Shown in pieces: positions 1 through 9,029 of a DNA stretch of 58,420 nucleotides. The notes under the pieces are model-generated. The model was given only the letters and a program-made list of their open reading frames with translations, was not told where the DNA came from and ran no database searches. Each line of letters opens with the position of its first letter. The stretch's first letter is position 1. The translations under genes and the position numbers were made by a program. The DNA comes from Candidatus Eiseniibacteriota bacterium. Lineage in GTDB: Bacteria; Eisenbacteria; RBG-16-71-46. The stretch lies in the NCBI GenBank assembly GCA_044223135.1, contig JBGAMH010000002.1, forward strand, positions 1-58,420, read 5' to 3'.

Positions 1-674
1 AACACCTTCTCGGGCACGTCCTTCCACAGGCGGCCCGCGCTCATCGCGGTCTTGTACAGCAGGCCCAGCCCGAAGCCGGTGAAGATCGTGCGCGCGTTGA
101 CGCCCGCGCCCGAGCCCGCCGCTTCCTCGGCGCGCGCCGACGCCGACATGGCCGCGCGCGAATCCTCCGAAGCGCCCGCCTTGAGCACCTCGGCGCACGC
201 GGTGCCTTCGGGGTACTTGAGCACGCCGTGCTGCTGCACGATCAGCGCGCGGCGCAGCGGGATCATCATCAGGATGCCGAGCAGCGCGCCGAGGCACGCG
301 ACCAGCGCCACGCGCGTGAGCTCGAGGTCGAAGCCCAGGATCATGATGGCCGGCATCGTCACGCCCACGCCGAACGCGATCGATTCGCCCGCGGAGCCCG
401 CGGTCTGCACGATGTTGTTCTCGAGGATCGTGGCGTCCTTGACGCCGAGCTTGGACAGCAGCTTGAACAGCGTGATCGAGATCACCGCCACCGGGATCGA
501 GGCGCTCACCGTGAGCCCCACCTTCAGCACCAGGTAGAGCGACGAGGCGCCGAACACCAGGCCCAGCAACGTGCCCACGATGACGCCGCGCGCGCTGAAC
601 TCGCGGATCGACGCTTCCGTGGGGATGTAGGGCGAGAACGGTACGGCGGGAGCCGGGCTCGAGGAGCGGTCCAT
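1..674 (-). CDS. OPT-family oligopeptide transporter, N-terminal part (gene continues past the left edge)
   Basis: Absent from the ORF track because it is open at the window edge. Reverse-strand ATG at 674 is preceded by AGGAGAG. Translation [71 protein letters not shown]... resembles the conserved N-terminus of OPT permeases. GC3 is high. Confidence 0.8.
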   Translation of the reverse strand, partial: MDRSSSPAPAVPFSPYIPTEASIREFSARGVIVGTLLGLVFGASSLYLVLKVGLTVSASIPVAVISITLFKLLSKLGVKDATILENNIVQTAGSAGESIAFGVGVTMPAIMILGFDLELTRVALVACLGALLGILMMIPLRRALIVQQHGVLKYPEGTACAEVLKAGASEDSRAAMSASARAEEAAGSGAGVNARTIFTGFGLGLLYKTAMSAGRLWKDVPEKV

Positions 675-1030
675 GAATCGCTCTCCTGTGGGTTCGCGGT
701 TGGAACGAGTCGCGGCACTCTACTGCACGGGCTTCGGGCCGGGCGAGCACTCCGACGGGCGCGGACGCCCGCGTGCCGGGCGGGCGCGGCAGGTCCGTGC
801 GCACCCGCGGCGTGCCCGAACGGGAGCGGGCTCCCCGCGCCCGCTGCGGCCCCGGGCGCGTATCGAGCGGTAGATTTCACTCAGCCGCCGCGAACCACCG
901 TTGTATCCTCCCCGCACTTCTCCACCATCGAGCCGCGCCGTCCCGGCGCATGGCGCTCGAGTCGAGCCGCCGGGAGACGCGGTGCCTGCTGGTCCCGCGT
1001 GCCGGTTCCATCCACGAAAGGGGTTCCCGC

Positions 1031-2509
1031 ATGGCGACGATGTCCGGATCCGCAGCCTCCACCCGTACCGTGCAGAACTACGTCGGAGGCCGCTGGGTGG
1101 ACTCCGCCGCCACGCAGTTCGGCGAGGTGCGCACTCCCGCGAACGACCTGCTGCTGGCGCGCGTTCCGTTGGGCGGTGCGGCCGACGTCGACGCCGCCGT
1201 GAAGGCCGCGACGAAGGCCTTCCCCGCCTGGCGCGCCACGCCGCCGGTCAACCGCGTGCGCCCGCTGTTCGCGCTGCGCGCGCTGTTCGAGAAGTACTTC
1301 GACGACGTCGCGCGCATCGTCACGCTGGAGCACGGCAAGACGCTCGACGAGTCGCGCAGCAGCGTGCGCCGCGCGATCGACAACGTCGAGATGGCGTGCG
1401 GCATCCCGTCGCTCATGCAGGGCCGCTCGCTCGAAGACGTCGCCACCGGCATCGACTGCTTCACGTACCGCCAGCCGATGGGCGTGTTCGCGGCGATCAC
1501 GCCGTTCAACTTCCCCGCCATGGTGCCGCTGTGGTTCCTGCCGCACGCCGTGGCCTGCGGCAACACGTTCGTGGTCAAGCCGAGCGAGCGCGTGCCGCTG
1601 TCGCAGGTGCGCATCTTCGAACTGCTGCACGACGCCGGCTTCCCCGAGGGCGTCGTCAACATGGTGAACGGTGCAAAGGACTCGGTGGACGCGATCCTCG
1701 ACCACCCCGACATCGCCGGCGTGTCGTTCGTGGGCAGCTCGCCCGTCGCGCACTACATCTACAAGCGCGCCGCCGAGCGCGGGAAGCGCGTGCAGGCGCT
1801 GGGCGGGGCCAAGAACTTCGTGCTCGTGATGCCCGACGCCGACATGAACCGCGCCGCGCAGGTGAGCACCGAGTCGTGCTTCGGCTGCGCCGGCGAGCGA
1901 TGCCTGGCGAACAGCGTGGTGCTGGCCGTGGGCAGCGCGTACGACACGATGGTCGAGAAGCTGGTGGCCGAGGCGAAGAAGATCAAGGTCGGCGACGGCC
2001 TCGAGCCCGGCATCACGATGGGACCGGTGATCAGCAGGGCGCACCGCGAGAAGGTGCTCGGCTACATCGAGAAGGGCATCGCCGAGGGCGCCACGCTGGC
2101 GCTGGACGGCCGCGGTTTCAGCGACCCGAAGAACCCGAACGGCTACTTCCTGGGGCCCACCGTGTTCACGAACGTGAAGCCCGACATGGTGGTCGCGCGC
2201 GAGGAGATCTTCGGCCCCGTGCTGTGCATCATGAAGGCCGACACGTTCGACGAGGCGATCGCCATCGTGAAGAAGCACGAGCTGGGCAACGCGAGCAGCA
2301 TCTTCACGAGCAGCGGCAAGTACGCTCGCGACTACCGCTGGCACGTGGAGCCCAACATGCTCGGCGTGAACATCGGCGTGGCCGCGCCCATGGCGTTCTT
2401 CCCGTTCGGCGGCGCCAAGGGCAGCTTCTTCGGCGACCTGAAGGCGCACGGGCAGGACTCGATCGAGTTCTACACCGACAAGAAGGTGAGCATCACGCGC
2501 TGGTTCTGA
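1031..2509 (+). CDS. mmsA: CoA-acylating methylmalonate/malonate-semialdehyde dehydrogenase
   Basis: Internal ATG of ORF 773..2509, preceded by GAAAGGGG. Aldehyde-dehydrogenase fold with MMSDH-type motifs (QNYVGGRW, FNFPAMVPLWF, FVVKPSERVP, GAKNF, FGCAGERC, EEIFGPVL). Confidence 0.9.
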   Translation: MATMSGSAASTRTVQNYVGGRWVDSAATQFGEVRTPANDLLLARVPLGGAADVDAAVKAATKAFPAWRATPPVNRVRPLFALRALFEKYFDDVARIVTLEHGKTLDESRSSVRRAIDNVEMACGIPSLMQGRSLEDVATGIDCFTYRQPMGVFAAITPFNFPAMVPLWFLPHAVACGNTFVVKPSERVPLSQVRIFELLHDAGFPEGVVNMVNGAKDSVDAILDHPDIAGVSFVGSSPVAHYIYKRAAERGKRVQALGGAKNFVLVMPDADMNRAAQVSTESCFGCAGERCLANSVVLAVGSAYDTMVEKLVAEAKKIKVGDGLEPGITMGPVISRAHREKVLGYIEKGIAEGATLALDGRGFSDPKNPNGYFLGPTVFTNVKPDMVVAREEIFGPVLCIMKADTFDEAIAIVKKHELGNASSIFTSSGKYARDYRWHVEPNMLGVNIGVAAPMAFFPFGGAKGSFFGDLKAHGQDSIEFYTDKKVSITRWF

Positions 2510-2535
2510 TCGCCAGCCCGGCACGACGCACCGCG

Positions 2536-2564
2536 AAGGCCCCGCCCGTCCGGCGGGGCCTTTC
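2536..2564 (+). terminator. Intrinsic terminator-like hairpin after mmsA
   Basis: Perfect 11-bp stem AAGGCCCCGCC / GGCGGGGCCTT with a 5-nt loop, followed by TTCG. It lies 27 nt after the mmsA stop. Confidence 0.55.
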
Positions 2565-2712
2565 GCATGTCCGGGGGCGCCGCGGGCGGACGCGGAGTGC
2601 CCGCTCCCGGCGGGCCCCGTGCTCCCACCGGCGGCTGACGGAGGAATGTGCTTGATCCCGTACCGCGGTCCGGACCGATGCTTCTTCTGTCGTTCGCCAC
2701 CGGAGGACACCC

Positions 2713-3171
2713 ATGAGCCGCCCCGCACTTCGTCCGCACCTGTTCACGCTCTCGATGATCGTCGGGCTGTTCGCTCTCGCATGCGTGCGCCCGTGCGCCG
2801 CCGGGGGGCCCGCCTGCCGCGCGGCACCCGGCGTGGCCGCGATTCACCTGCCGGTCGAGGCCTACGCGCCGTCGGTGCTCGCCCTGCGGATTCGCGAGCC
2901 GAAGGGCGACGGCCATCCCGCGGCCGGCGAGGGCGTGTGGTCCGTGGGGCCGCGCGGGGGCGACGACCCGCCCACGCGATTCGAGCGCTACGCGGGAACG
3001 GGCGCGCTCATTGGTGGCGTCACGGGCGTGACGGTGATGGTGATCCGCACACGCGGCGAGGACGGGATCTCGGACTTCTTCGAACCGCTCGTGTGGCTCT
3101 ACGGCGGCGCGGTGGGCGCCGCCGCGGGCTGGGTCGTGGGCGGTGCGATCGCACTGGCCACCGGAGACTGA
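2713..3171 (+). CDS. Hypothetical secreted/membrane protein with Gly-zipper-like C-terminal segments
   Basis: ATG preceded by GGAGGA. N-terminal hydrophobic signal (LFTLSMIVGLFALAC). C-terminal Gly/Ala/Val-rich hydrophobic stretches. No family recognised. Confidence 0.6.
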   Translation: MSRPALRPHLFTLSMIVGLFALACVRPCAAGGPACRAAPGVAAIHLPVEAYAPSVLALRIREPKGDGHPAAGEGVWSVGPRGGDDPPTRFERYAGTGALIGGVTGVTVMVIRTRGEDGISDFFEPLVWLYGGAVGAAAGWVVGGAIALATGD

Positions 3172-3175
3172 CGCC

Positions 3176-3718
3176 GTGCGCACCTCCCCACTCCGACGCT
3201 TCGCCGGGCACTCGATGCTCCTCGCCGCCGTGATCGCCGCGGCGACGCCCGCGCTCGCCGCCTCCGACGCCGCACCGTCGCCGGAGCGCCTGCGCGCGCT
3301 GTCGGCGGCGCTCGACAGCGCCACGTTCGTGCGCGTGGTCGCGCGGCGCGGCACGTTCGAGGTGCCGCGCGCGTTCGCGGACACGGCGGGCGTCCGCGTG
3401 CTGCGCTCCGGTGGCCGCACGGGACTGATCGTGATGGGCGCCGCCGACACGACGGGCCGCGAGCAGCGGCTGCTGGCGTGGAGCGAGGTGGAACGCATCC
3501 AGGCGGGGCGCTCGCGCGGCATGGGACCCGCGCTCGCGGGGCTCGCGCTCGGCGGCCTCGTGGTGGGCATCGCGGCGGCGCGTGCGGGCTCCCAGGGAGG
3601 CACCGTCTCCGAAGGCACGGCCCCGCTCCTCTACGGCGTCGGCGCGGTCGCGGTGATCAGCACCATCGTGGGCCTGGCCGTGACGGGCTCGCCGATCGTG
3701 CACACGGTCTACCCGTGA
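3176..3718 (+). CDS. Hypothetical exported protein with C-terminal membrane segments (tandem paralogue 1)
   Basis: GTG at 3176, 7 nt after GGAGAC (alternative ATG at 3215). Signal-like MLLAAVIAAATPALAASDA. Shares DAAPSPxRLRALSAALDSATFVRV-ARRGTFE, REQRLL-WS-VERI and the terminal HTVYP with the next gene. Confidence 0.6.
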   Translation: MRTSPLRRFAGHSMLLAAVIAAATPALAASDAAPSPERLRALSAALDSATFVRVVARRGTFEVPRAFADTAGVRVLRSGGRTGLIVMGAADTTGREQRLLAWSEVERIQAGRSRGMGPALAGLALGGLVVGIAAARAGSQGGTVSEGTAPLLYGVGAVAVISTIVGLAVTGSPIVHTVYP

Positions 3719-4263
3719 GGCGCGCCGCCTCCCCGATCGGTCGCGCCGCACGCGTCACGCTGCTGCTCGCGGCGCGGCTCGCCGCGACGCCGACGTTCGC
3801 CGCGACCGACGCCGCGCCGTCGCCCGCGCGCCTGCGCGCGCTGTCGGCGGCACTCGACAGCGCGACGTTCGTGCGCGTGTTCGCGCGCCGCGGCACGTTC
3901 GAGGCGCGGCGCGTCCGGGCCGACACGACGGGGCTGCGCCTGATCCGCAATCCCGGCCGCGTGGCGCTCATCGTGACGCACGGCGCCGACACGCTCGGGC
4001 GCGAGCAGCGGCTGCTCCGGTGGAGCGACGTCGAGCGCATCGACTCGGGCCGCGGTCACAGCGCCAGGCCCGCACTCGTCGGTCTCGGCATCGGCGCGGC
4101 GGCGTTGGGCACTGCTGCCGTCCTCGGACGGGACGGCGGCCATCTCGAACCCGAGACCGCGCTGACATTGTGGTACGGCTCGATCCTGGTCGCGGGCGCG
4201 AGTACGGCCGTCGGCTTCCTTCTGATGGCCGGATCCCCGTCCACGCACACCGTCTATCCGTGA
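3715..4263 (+). CDS. Hypothetical exported protein with C-terminal membrane segments (tandem paralogue 2)
   Basis: GTG at 3715 overlaps the preceding stop as GTGA. Same motif order as 3176..3718 and also ends in HTVYP. Confidence 0.6.
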   Translation: MRRAASPIGRAARVTLLLAARLAATPTFAATDAAPSPARLRALSAALDSATFVRVFARRGTFEARRVRADTTGLRLIRNPGRVALIVTHGADTLGREQRLLRWSDVERIDSGRGHSARPALVGLGIGAAALGTAAVLGRDGGHLEPETALTLWYGSILVAGASTAVGFLLMAGSPSTHTVYP

Positions 4264-4601
4264 GCCGATTCGCGACGCGAACGGTGGGGCGGCGGGCCGT
4301 GCAACCGGGTCGCTCGAGGCTCGAAGGCCGGCACACCCCCCACACGTGCGCCTGACAGGCTGACACGCGCCTCGCCCCTCGCGTCAGCCGACCGGCCCCG
4401 ATGGCAGATCGCTCGCCGGGGCGACCTCCGTATTTCGACGGAGTTGCGGGCGCGAAAGGCGAGAAGCGGCCCCCACGAGCGCGGCCTGTGGATTGCAAAT
4501 GTCCAGACCGCAATCAGGCGGCGGGAGCGTTTCCCGCCGGGGGATCACGCGAGACCGGGTCCGCATGGGCGCCCGGTCTCGCGCACTGAACAGGGGCGGA
4601 C

Positions 4602-7490
4602 ATGGATCGAGTACCCGACGTGCGGACCACCGAAGCGCCCACCTCCACTCCGCACGCCGCGCGGCGATCACCGGTGCGACGCGTGGTGGCGCTCACGCTG
4701 ATCGCGCTGTCGGCGGCACTCGCGTTCGCCGCGTGGGCCGCGCCCGCGTCCTCGCCGAAGGCCGCGCCGAAGCAGGCGCCGTTCGCCGGCAACGAAGATT
4801 GCAGCATGTGCCACGAGCCGGGCGCGCCGAGCACCAAGCGCGGCCCCGACGACGCGCCGAACTTCGACCCCGCGCTGCGGTCGTCGATCCACGCGGGCGT
4901 GAAGTGCGTCGAGTGCCACGCCGACCTCAAGGACGTCACCGACTTCCCGCACGCGGCGAAGCTCAAGAAGATCGAATGCGGCAGCTGCCACAAGGAAGAG
5001 CTCGCGCAGCACCTCGAGAGCCTGCACGGCCAGGCGGCGGCGCGCGGAGACAAGCTCGCGCCCACGTGCAAGAGCTGCCACGGCACGCACGGCGTGCTGA
5101 GCCCCAAGAACCCCGCGGCGCCCACGTACGTGGTGAACATCCCGCTGCTGTGCAACCGCTGCCATCGCGAGGGTTCGGCGGTCCAGTCGTACTACCACAT
5201 CCCGCAGGACTCGATCCTCACGAACTACCAGGAGTCGATCCACGGCGAGGGCCTGTTCAAGAAGGGCCTGCTCACCACCGCCGTCTGCACGAGCTGCCAC
5301 ACGTCGCACCACCAGCTGCCGCACACGGATCCGCGCTCGAGCATCGCGCGCACGAACGTGGCGAAGACCTGCCAGCAGTGCCACGTGCGCATCGAGCAGG
5401 TGCACGCGAAGGTCGTGCGCGGCGAGCTGTGGGAGAAGGCGCCGAACCAGGTGCCCGCGTGCGTGGACTGCCACGAGCCGCACAAGATCCGCCGCGTGTT
5501 CTACGCCGGCGGCATGGCGGACCGCGACTGCATGTTCTGCCACTCGAAGAAGGACCTCGTCGGCACGAAGGACGGCAAGCAGGTGTCCATGTGGGTGAAC
5601 CAGGACGAGGTCGCCCACTCCCGCCACGAGAAGATCGCCTGCTCGCAGTGCCACACCGGCGCGACGCCCTCCGCCACGCGGCCGTGCTTCTCGGTGGCGC
5701 CCCGGGTGGACTGCTCCGCCTGTCACGCCGAGGTCTCCGACGTGTACCGCGCGAGCACGCACGGCCAGCTCAAGGCGAAGGGCAGCCCCGACGCGCCCGA
5801 CTGCGTCGACTGCCACGGCACGCACGGAGTGAAGAGCAAGCACGAGACCGAATCGCGCACGTTCGCTCGCAACGTGCCCACGCTGTGCGGCGGGTGCCAT
5901 CGCACCGGCAAGAAAGCCGCCGTGCGCTACAAGGGCGATCAGAAGGACATCCTCGAGCACTACGAGGAGAGCATCCACGGCCGGGGCCTGCTGAAGAGCG
6001 GCCTCGTGGTCACGGCCACGTGCGCCGACTGCCACACGCCGCACGGCGAGCTGCCCGCGAGCGATCCCCGGTCCACCGTGAACCCGAAGAACGTGGCGGG
6101 CACGTGCGCCAAGTGCCATCGCGGCGTCTACGAGCAGTTCGCCGAGAGCGTGCACTCGCCCGGGAACATCAAGACGAACAAGAAACTGCCGAGCTGCGCC
6201 GACTGCCACAGCGCACACTCGATCAACCGGGCGGATCTCCAGAACTTCCGCCTCACGATCATGACGCAGTGCGGCAACTGCCATAAGGAACTGGCCGAGA
6301 GCTACTTCGACACCTACCACGGCAAGGTGTCCAAGCTCGGGTACGACAAGACCGCGAAGTGCTACGACTGCCACGGCGCGCACGACATCCTGCCGGTGTC
6401 GAACCCGCGCTCCCGGCTGTCGCACGACAACATCGTGGGCACGTGCCAGAAGTGCCACCCCGGCTCGAACCGCCGGTTCGCCGGTTACCTCACGCACGCC
6501 ACGCACCACGAGCCGAAGAAGTACCCGGTCCTGTTCTTCGTGTTCTGGGCCATGACCGGGCTGCTCACGACCACGTTCATCGTCGCGGGCCTGCACACGT
6601 TCGCCTGGCTCCCGCGTTCGCTGGCGTACCGCAGGATGCTGGAGACCTCGCACGCGCTGGAGTCCCCGCAGCACGTGCGCCGCTTCACCACGCTGCACCG
6701 CAACCTGCACATCATGGTGATCACCAGCTTCCTGTCGCTGGCGATCACGGGCATGACGCTGAAGTTCTCGTACGCGCCGTGGGCGTCGGTGCTGTCGCGC
6801 CTGCTCGGCGGCTTCGAGGCGGCGGGCTTCATCCACCGCGTGGCCGCGCTCGTGACGTTCTCCTACTTCGGCATCCACGTCTGGGACCTGCTGAAGAAGC
6901 GGCGCGAGAGCCGGAAGTCCTGGAAGGATTTCATCTTCGGCCCCGGCGGCATGATGTTCAGCCCCACCGACGGCAAGGAGTTCATCGGCTCGATCAAGTG
7001 GTTCCTGGGCAAGGGGCCGCGCCCCACCTACGGCCGCTGGACGTACTGGGAGAAGTTCGACTACTTCGCCGTGTTCTGGGGCGTCGCGGTGATCGGCCTG
7101 TCGGGCCTGCTGCTGTGGTTCCCGACGGTCTTCACGAAGATCCTGCCGGGCTGGCTGCTGAACGTGGCCACGATCATCCACAGCGACGAAGCGCTGCTGG
7201 CGGTGGGCTTCATCTTCACGGTGCACTTCTTCAACACGCACTTCCGCCCCGAGAAGTTCCCGATGGACACGGTGATCTTCACGGGCGGCATGCCGCTGGA
7301 CGAGTTCAAGCAGGACCGGCCGCGCGAGTACGAGGAACTGGTCCGGAGCGGCAAGCTCGAGGAGCACTTCGTTCCGGCGCCCGAGCCGCGGATGCTCCGC
7401 CGGTGGCGCATCTTCGGCACCATCGCGCTGTCGCTCGACATCCTGCTGATCGTCGGCATCCTGTACGCGGCGATCTTCGCGTACCGCTGA
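4602..7490 (+). CDS. Multihaem cytochrome c (19 CXXCH) fused to an FdnI/HydC-like dihaem cytochrome b membrane domain (CbcL-like)
   Basis: 962-aa ORF. It has an N-terminal membrane anchor, then 19 CXXCH motifs that include six copies of a paired module (ESxHG...CxxCHxxH...CxxCH). The C-terminal ~330 aa are multi-TM with RFTTLHRNLHIMVITSFLSLAITG, EKFDYFAVFWGVAVIGLSGL and IIHSDEALLAVGFIFTVHFF, which are typical of b-type cytochrome subunits. Confidence 0.85.
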   Translation: MDRVPDVRTTEAPTSTPHAARRSPVRRVVALTLIALSAALAFAAWAAPASSPKAAPKQAPFAGNEDCSMCHEPGAPSTKRGPDDAPNFDPALRSSIHAGVKCVECHADLKDVTDFPHAAKLKKIECGSCHKEELAQHLESLHGQAAARGDKLAPTCKSCHGTHGVLSPKNPAAPTYVVNIPLLCNRCHREGSAVQSYYHIPQDSILTNYQESIHGEGLFKKGLLTTAVCTSCHTSHHQLPHTDPRSSIARTNVAKTCQQCHVRIEQVHAKVVRGELWEKAPNQVPACVDCHEPHKIRRVFYAGGMADRDCMFCHSKKDLVGTKDGKQVSMWVNQDEVAHSRHEKIACSQCHTGATPSATRPCFSVAPRVDCSACHAEVSDVYRASTHGQLKAKGSPDAPDCVDCHGTHGVKSKHETESRTFARNVPTLCGGCHRTGKKAAVRYKGDQKDILEHYEESIHGRGLLKSGLVVTATCADCHTPHGELPASDPRSTVNPKNVAGTCAKCHRGVYEQFAESVHSPGNIKTNKKLPSCADCHSAHSINRADLQNFRLTIMTQCGNCHKELAESYFDTYHGKVSKLGYDKTAKCYDCHGAHDILPVSNPRSRLSHDNIVGTCQKCHPGSNRRFAGYLTHATHHEPKKYPVLFFVFWAMTGLLTTTFIVAGLHTFAWLPRSLAYRRMLETSHALESPQHVRRFTTLHRNLHIMVITSFLSLAITGMTLKFSYAPWASVLSRLLGGFEAAGFIHRVAALVTFSYFGIHVWDLLKKRRESRKSWKDFIFGPGGMMFSPTDGKEFIGSIKWFLGKGPRPTYGRWTYWEKFDYFAVFWGVAVIGLSGLLLWFPTVFTKILPGWLLNVATIIHSDEALLAVGFIFTVHFFNTHFRPEKFPMDTVIFTGGMPLDEFKQDRPREYEELVRSGKLEEHFVPAPEPRMLRRWRIFGTIALSLDILLIVGILYAAIFAYR

Positions 7491-7508
7491 GGACCCCCGA
7501 TCCTCGAC

Positions 7509-7549
7509 CGGCCGGCGGCGCCCCGCGCGTCGCCGGCCGCGGCGTTTCC
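7509..7549 (+). terminator. Hairpin after the cytochrome gene
   Basis: 9-bp stem CGGCCGGCG / CGCCGGCCG with a 13-nt loop, followed by CGGCGTTTCC. It lies 19 nt after the stop. Confidence 0.4.
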
Positions 7550-7715
7550 GGGGCGCGAGCGCGCTGCGAAGGCGTTTTCCCGGCGCGGGGCGACCTCCCG
7601 CCGGTGTATGCTCCCCGCCGCTTTCCCTTCGCCATGCGGCCCCGTGAGGCCCCCCGCATCGTTCCGCCGGTCCACGCCGCGGGTGCGGCCGGCCGGCCCC
7701 GAGGAGATCCAACGC

Positions 7716-8582
7716 ATGCCGCGCAAGCTGATCGGCGGTCTGATCCAGTGCAGCAACCCGATCAACGACGAGTCCCAGCCCGTCGCGAAGATCAAGCAGG
7801 CCATGTTCGACAAGCACGTGCCGCTGATCGAGGAAGCCGGCAAGAAGGGCGTGCAGGTGCTCTGCCTGCAGGAGATCTTCAACGGCCCGTACTTCTGCCC
7901 CGGGCAGGACAAGCGCTGGTACGACTCCGCCGAGACGGTGCCCGGCCCGACCACGGACGCGGTGGCGAAGATCGCCGCGAAGTACAAGATGGCGGTGGTG
8001 GTGCCCGTGTACGAGCAGGAGATGCCCGGCGTGCTCTACAACACGGCCGCGGTCTACGACGCCGACGGCAGCTACCTGGGCAAGTACCGCAAGAACCACA
8101 TCCCGCACACGAGCGGCTTCTGGGAGAAGTACTTCTTCAAGCCCGGCAACATGGGCTACCCCGTGTTCCAGACGCGCTACGCGAAGGTCGGCGTGTACAT
8201 CTGCTACGACCGCCACTTCCCCGAGGGCGCGCGGGCGCTGGGCCTGAACGGCGCCGAGATCGTGTTCAACCCCAGCGCCACCGTGGCCGGGCTGTCGCAG
8301 TACCTGTGGAAGCTCGAACAGCCCGCGCACGCCGTGGCGAACGGCTACTTCGTGGGCGCCATCAACCGCGTGGGCACCGAGGCGCCCTGGAACATCGGCA
8401 AGTTCTACGGCTCGTCGTACTTCGTGGACCCGCGCGGCAACTTCGTGGCGCAGGCCAACGAGGACGACGACGCGCTGGTGGTGGCGGAGATGGACCTCGA
8501 CATGATCCAGGAGGTCCGCAACATCTGGCAGTTCTTCCGCGATCGCCGTCCCGAAACGTACGGGCCGCTGACCGCGCTGTGA
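7716..8582 (+). CDS. Beta-ureidopropionase / N-carbamoyl-beta-alanine amidohydrolase (nitrilase superfamily)
   Basis: ATG at 7716 preceded by GAGGAG. Carbon-nitrogen hydrolase motifs are present: CLQE (Glu), YRKNHIP (Lys) and YICYDRHFPE (Cys). Genomic context is pyrimidine degradation. Confidence 0.85.
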   Translation: MPRKLIGGLIQCSNPINDESQPVAKIKQAMFDKHVPLIEEAGKKGVQVLCLQEIFNGPYFCPGQDKRWYDSAETVPGPTTDAVAKIAAKYKMAVVVPVYEQEMPGVLYNTAAVYDADGSYLGKYRKNHIPHTSGFWEKYFFKPGNMGYPVFQTRYAKVGVYICYDRHFPEGARALGLNGAEIVFNPSATVAGLSQYLWKLEQPAHAVANGYFVGAINRVGTEAPWNIGKFYGSSYFVDPRGNFVAQANEDDDALVVAEMDLDMIQEVRNIWQFFRDRRPETYGPLTAL

Positions 8583-9001
8583 ACCCGGCGCCGACCATCC
8601 AGCGCGTCGTCGAGACCGCGCTCTACGTGGACGACATGGACCGTGCCGTCGCGTTCTACCGCGACGTGCTCGGCCTTCGCCCACTGACGTCCGGCGAGCG
8701 GCTGTGCGCGATGGATGCCGGCGGCGCGACCGTGCTGCTGCTGTTCGCGCGGGGCGGCACGCGGGACGGCCTGCGCTGGGACGGCGGCTACATCCCGCCC
8801 CACGACGGGGCGGGCCCGCTGCACATGGCGTTCGGCATCGATGCCGGCGAACTCGACGCGTGGCTGGCTCGGCTGGGCGCTCACGGCGTCGCGGTGGAGA
8901 GCCACAATCGGTGGGAACGCGGCGGGAGCAGCATCTACTTTCGCGATCCCGACGGCCATTCGCTGGAACTCGTGACGCCCGGAACCTGGGCGACCTACTG
9001 A
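8579..9001 (+). CDS. VOC (glyoxalase/bleomycin-resistance/dioxygenase) family protein
   Basis: GTG at 8579 overlaps the upstream stop as GTGA. Sequence ETALYVDDMDRAVAFYRDVLGL ... HMAFGI ... IYFRDPDGHSLEL is typical of VOC folds. Confidence 0.7.
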   Translation: MNPAPTIQRVVETALYVDDMDRAVAFYRDVLGLRPLTSGERLCAMDAGGATVLLLFARGGTRDGLRWDGGYIPPHDGAGPLHMAFGIDAGELDAWLARLGAHGVAVESHNRWERGGSSIYFRDPDGHSLELVTPGTWATY

Positions 9002-9029
9002 ACACGCTCCGAGCGTGAAGGAGAAGAAC

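Noticed and set aside
52-1202. + strand ORFs 52..537 and 228..1202 at the left edge
   Set aside because: They overlap the edge-truncated OPT transporter gene on the reverse strand, which has a clear family N-terminus, an SD and a better GC3.
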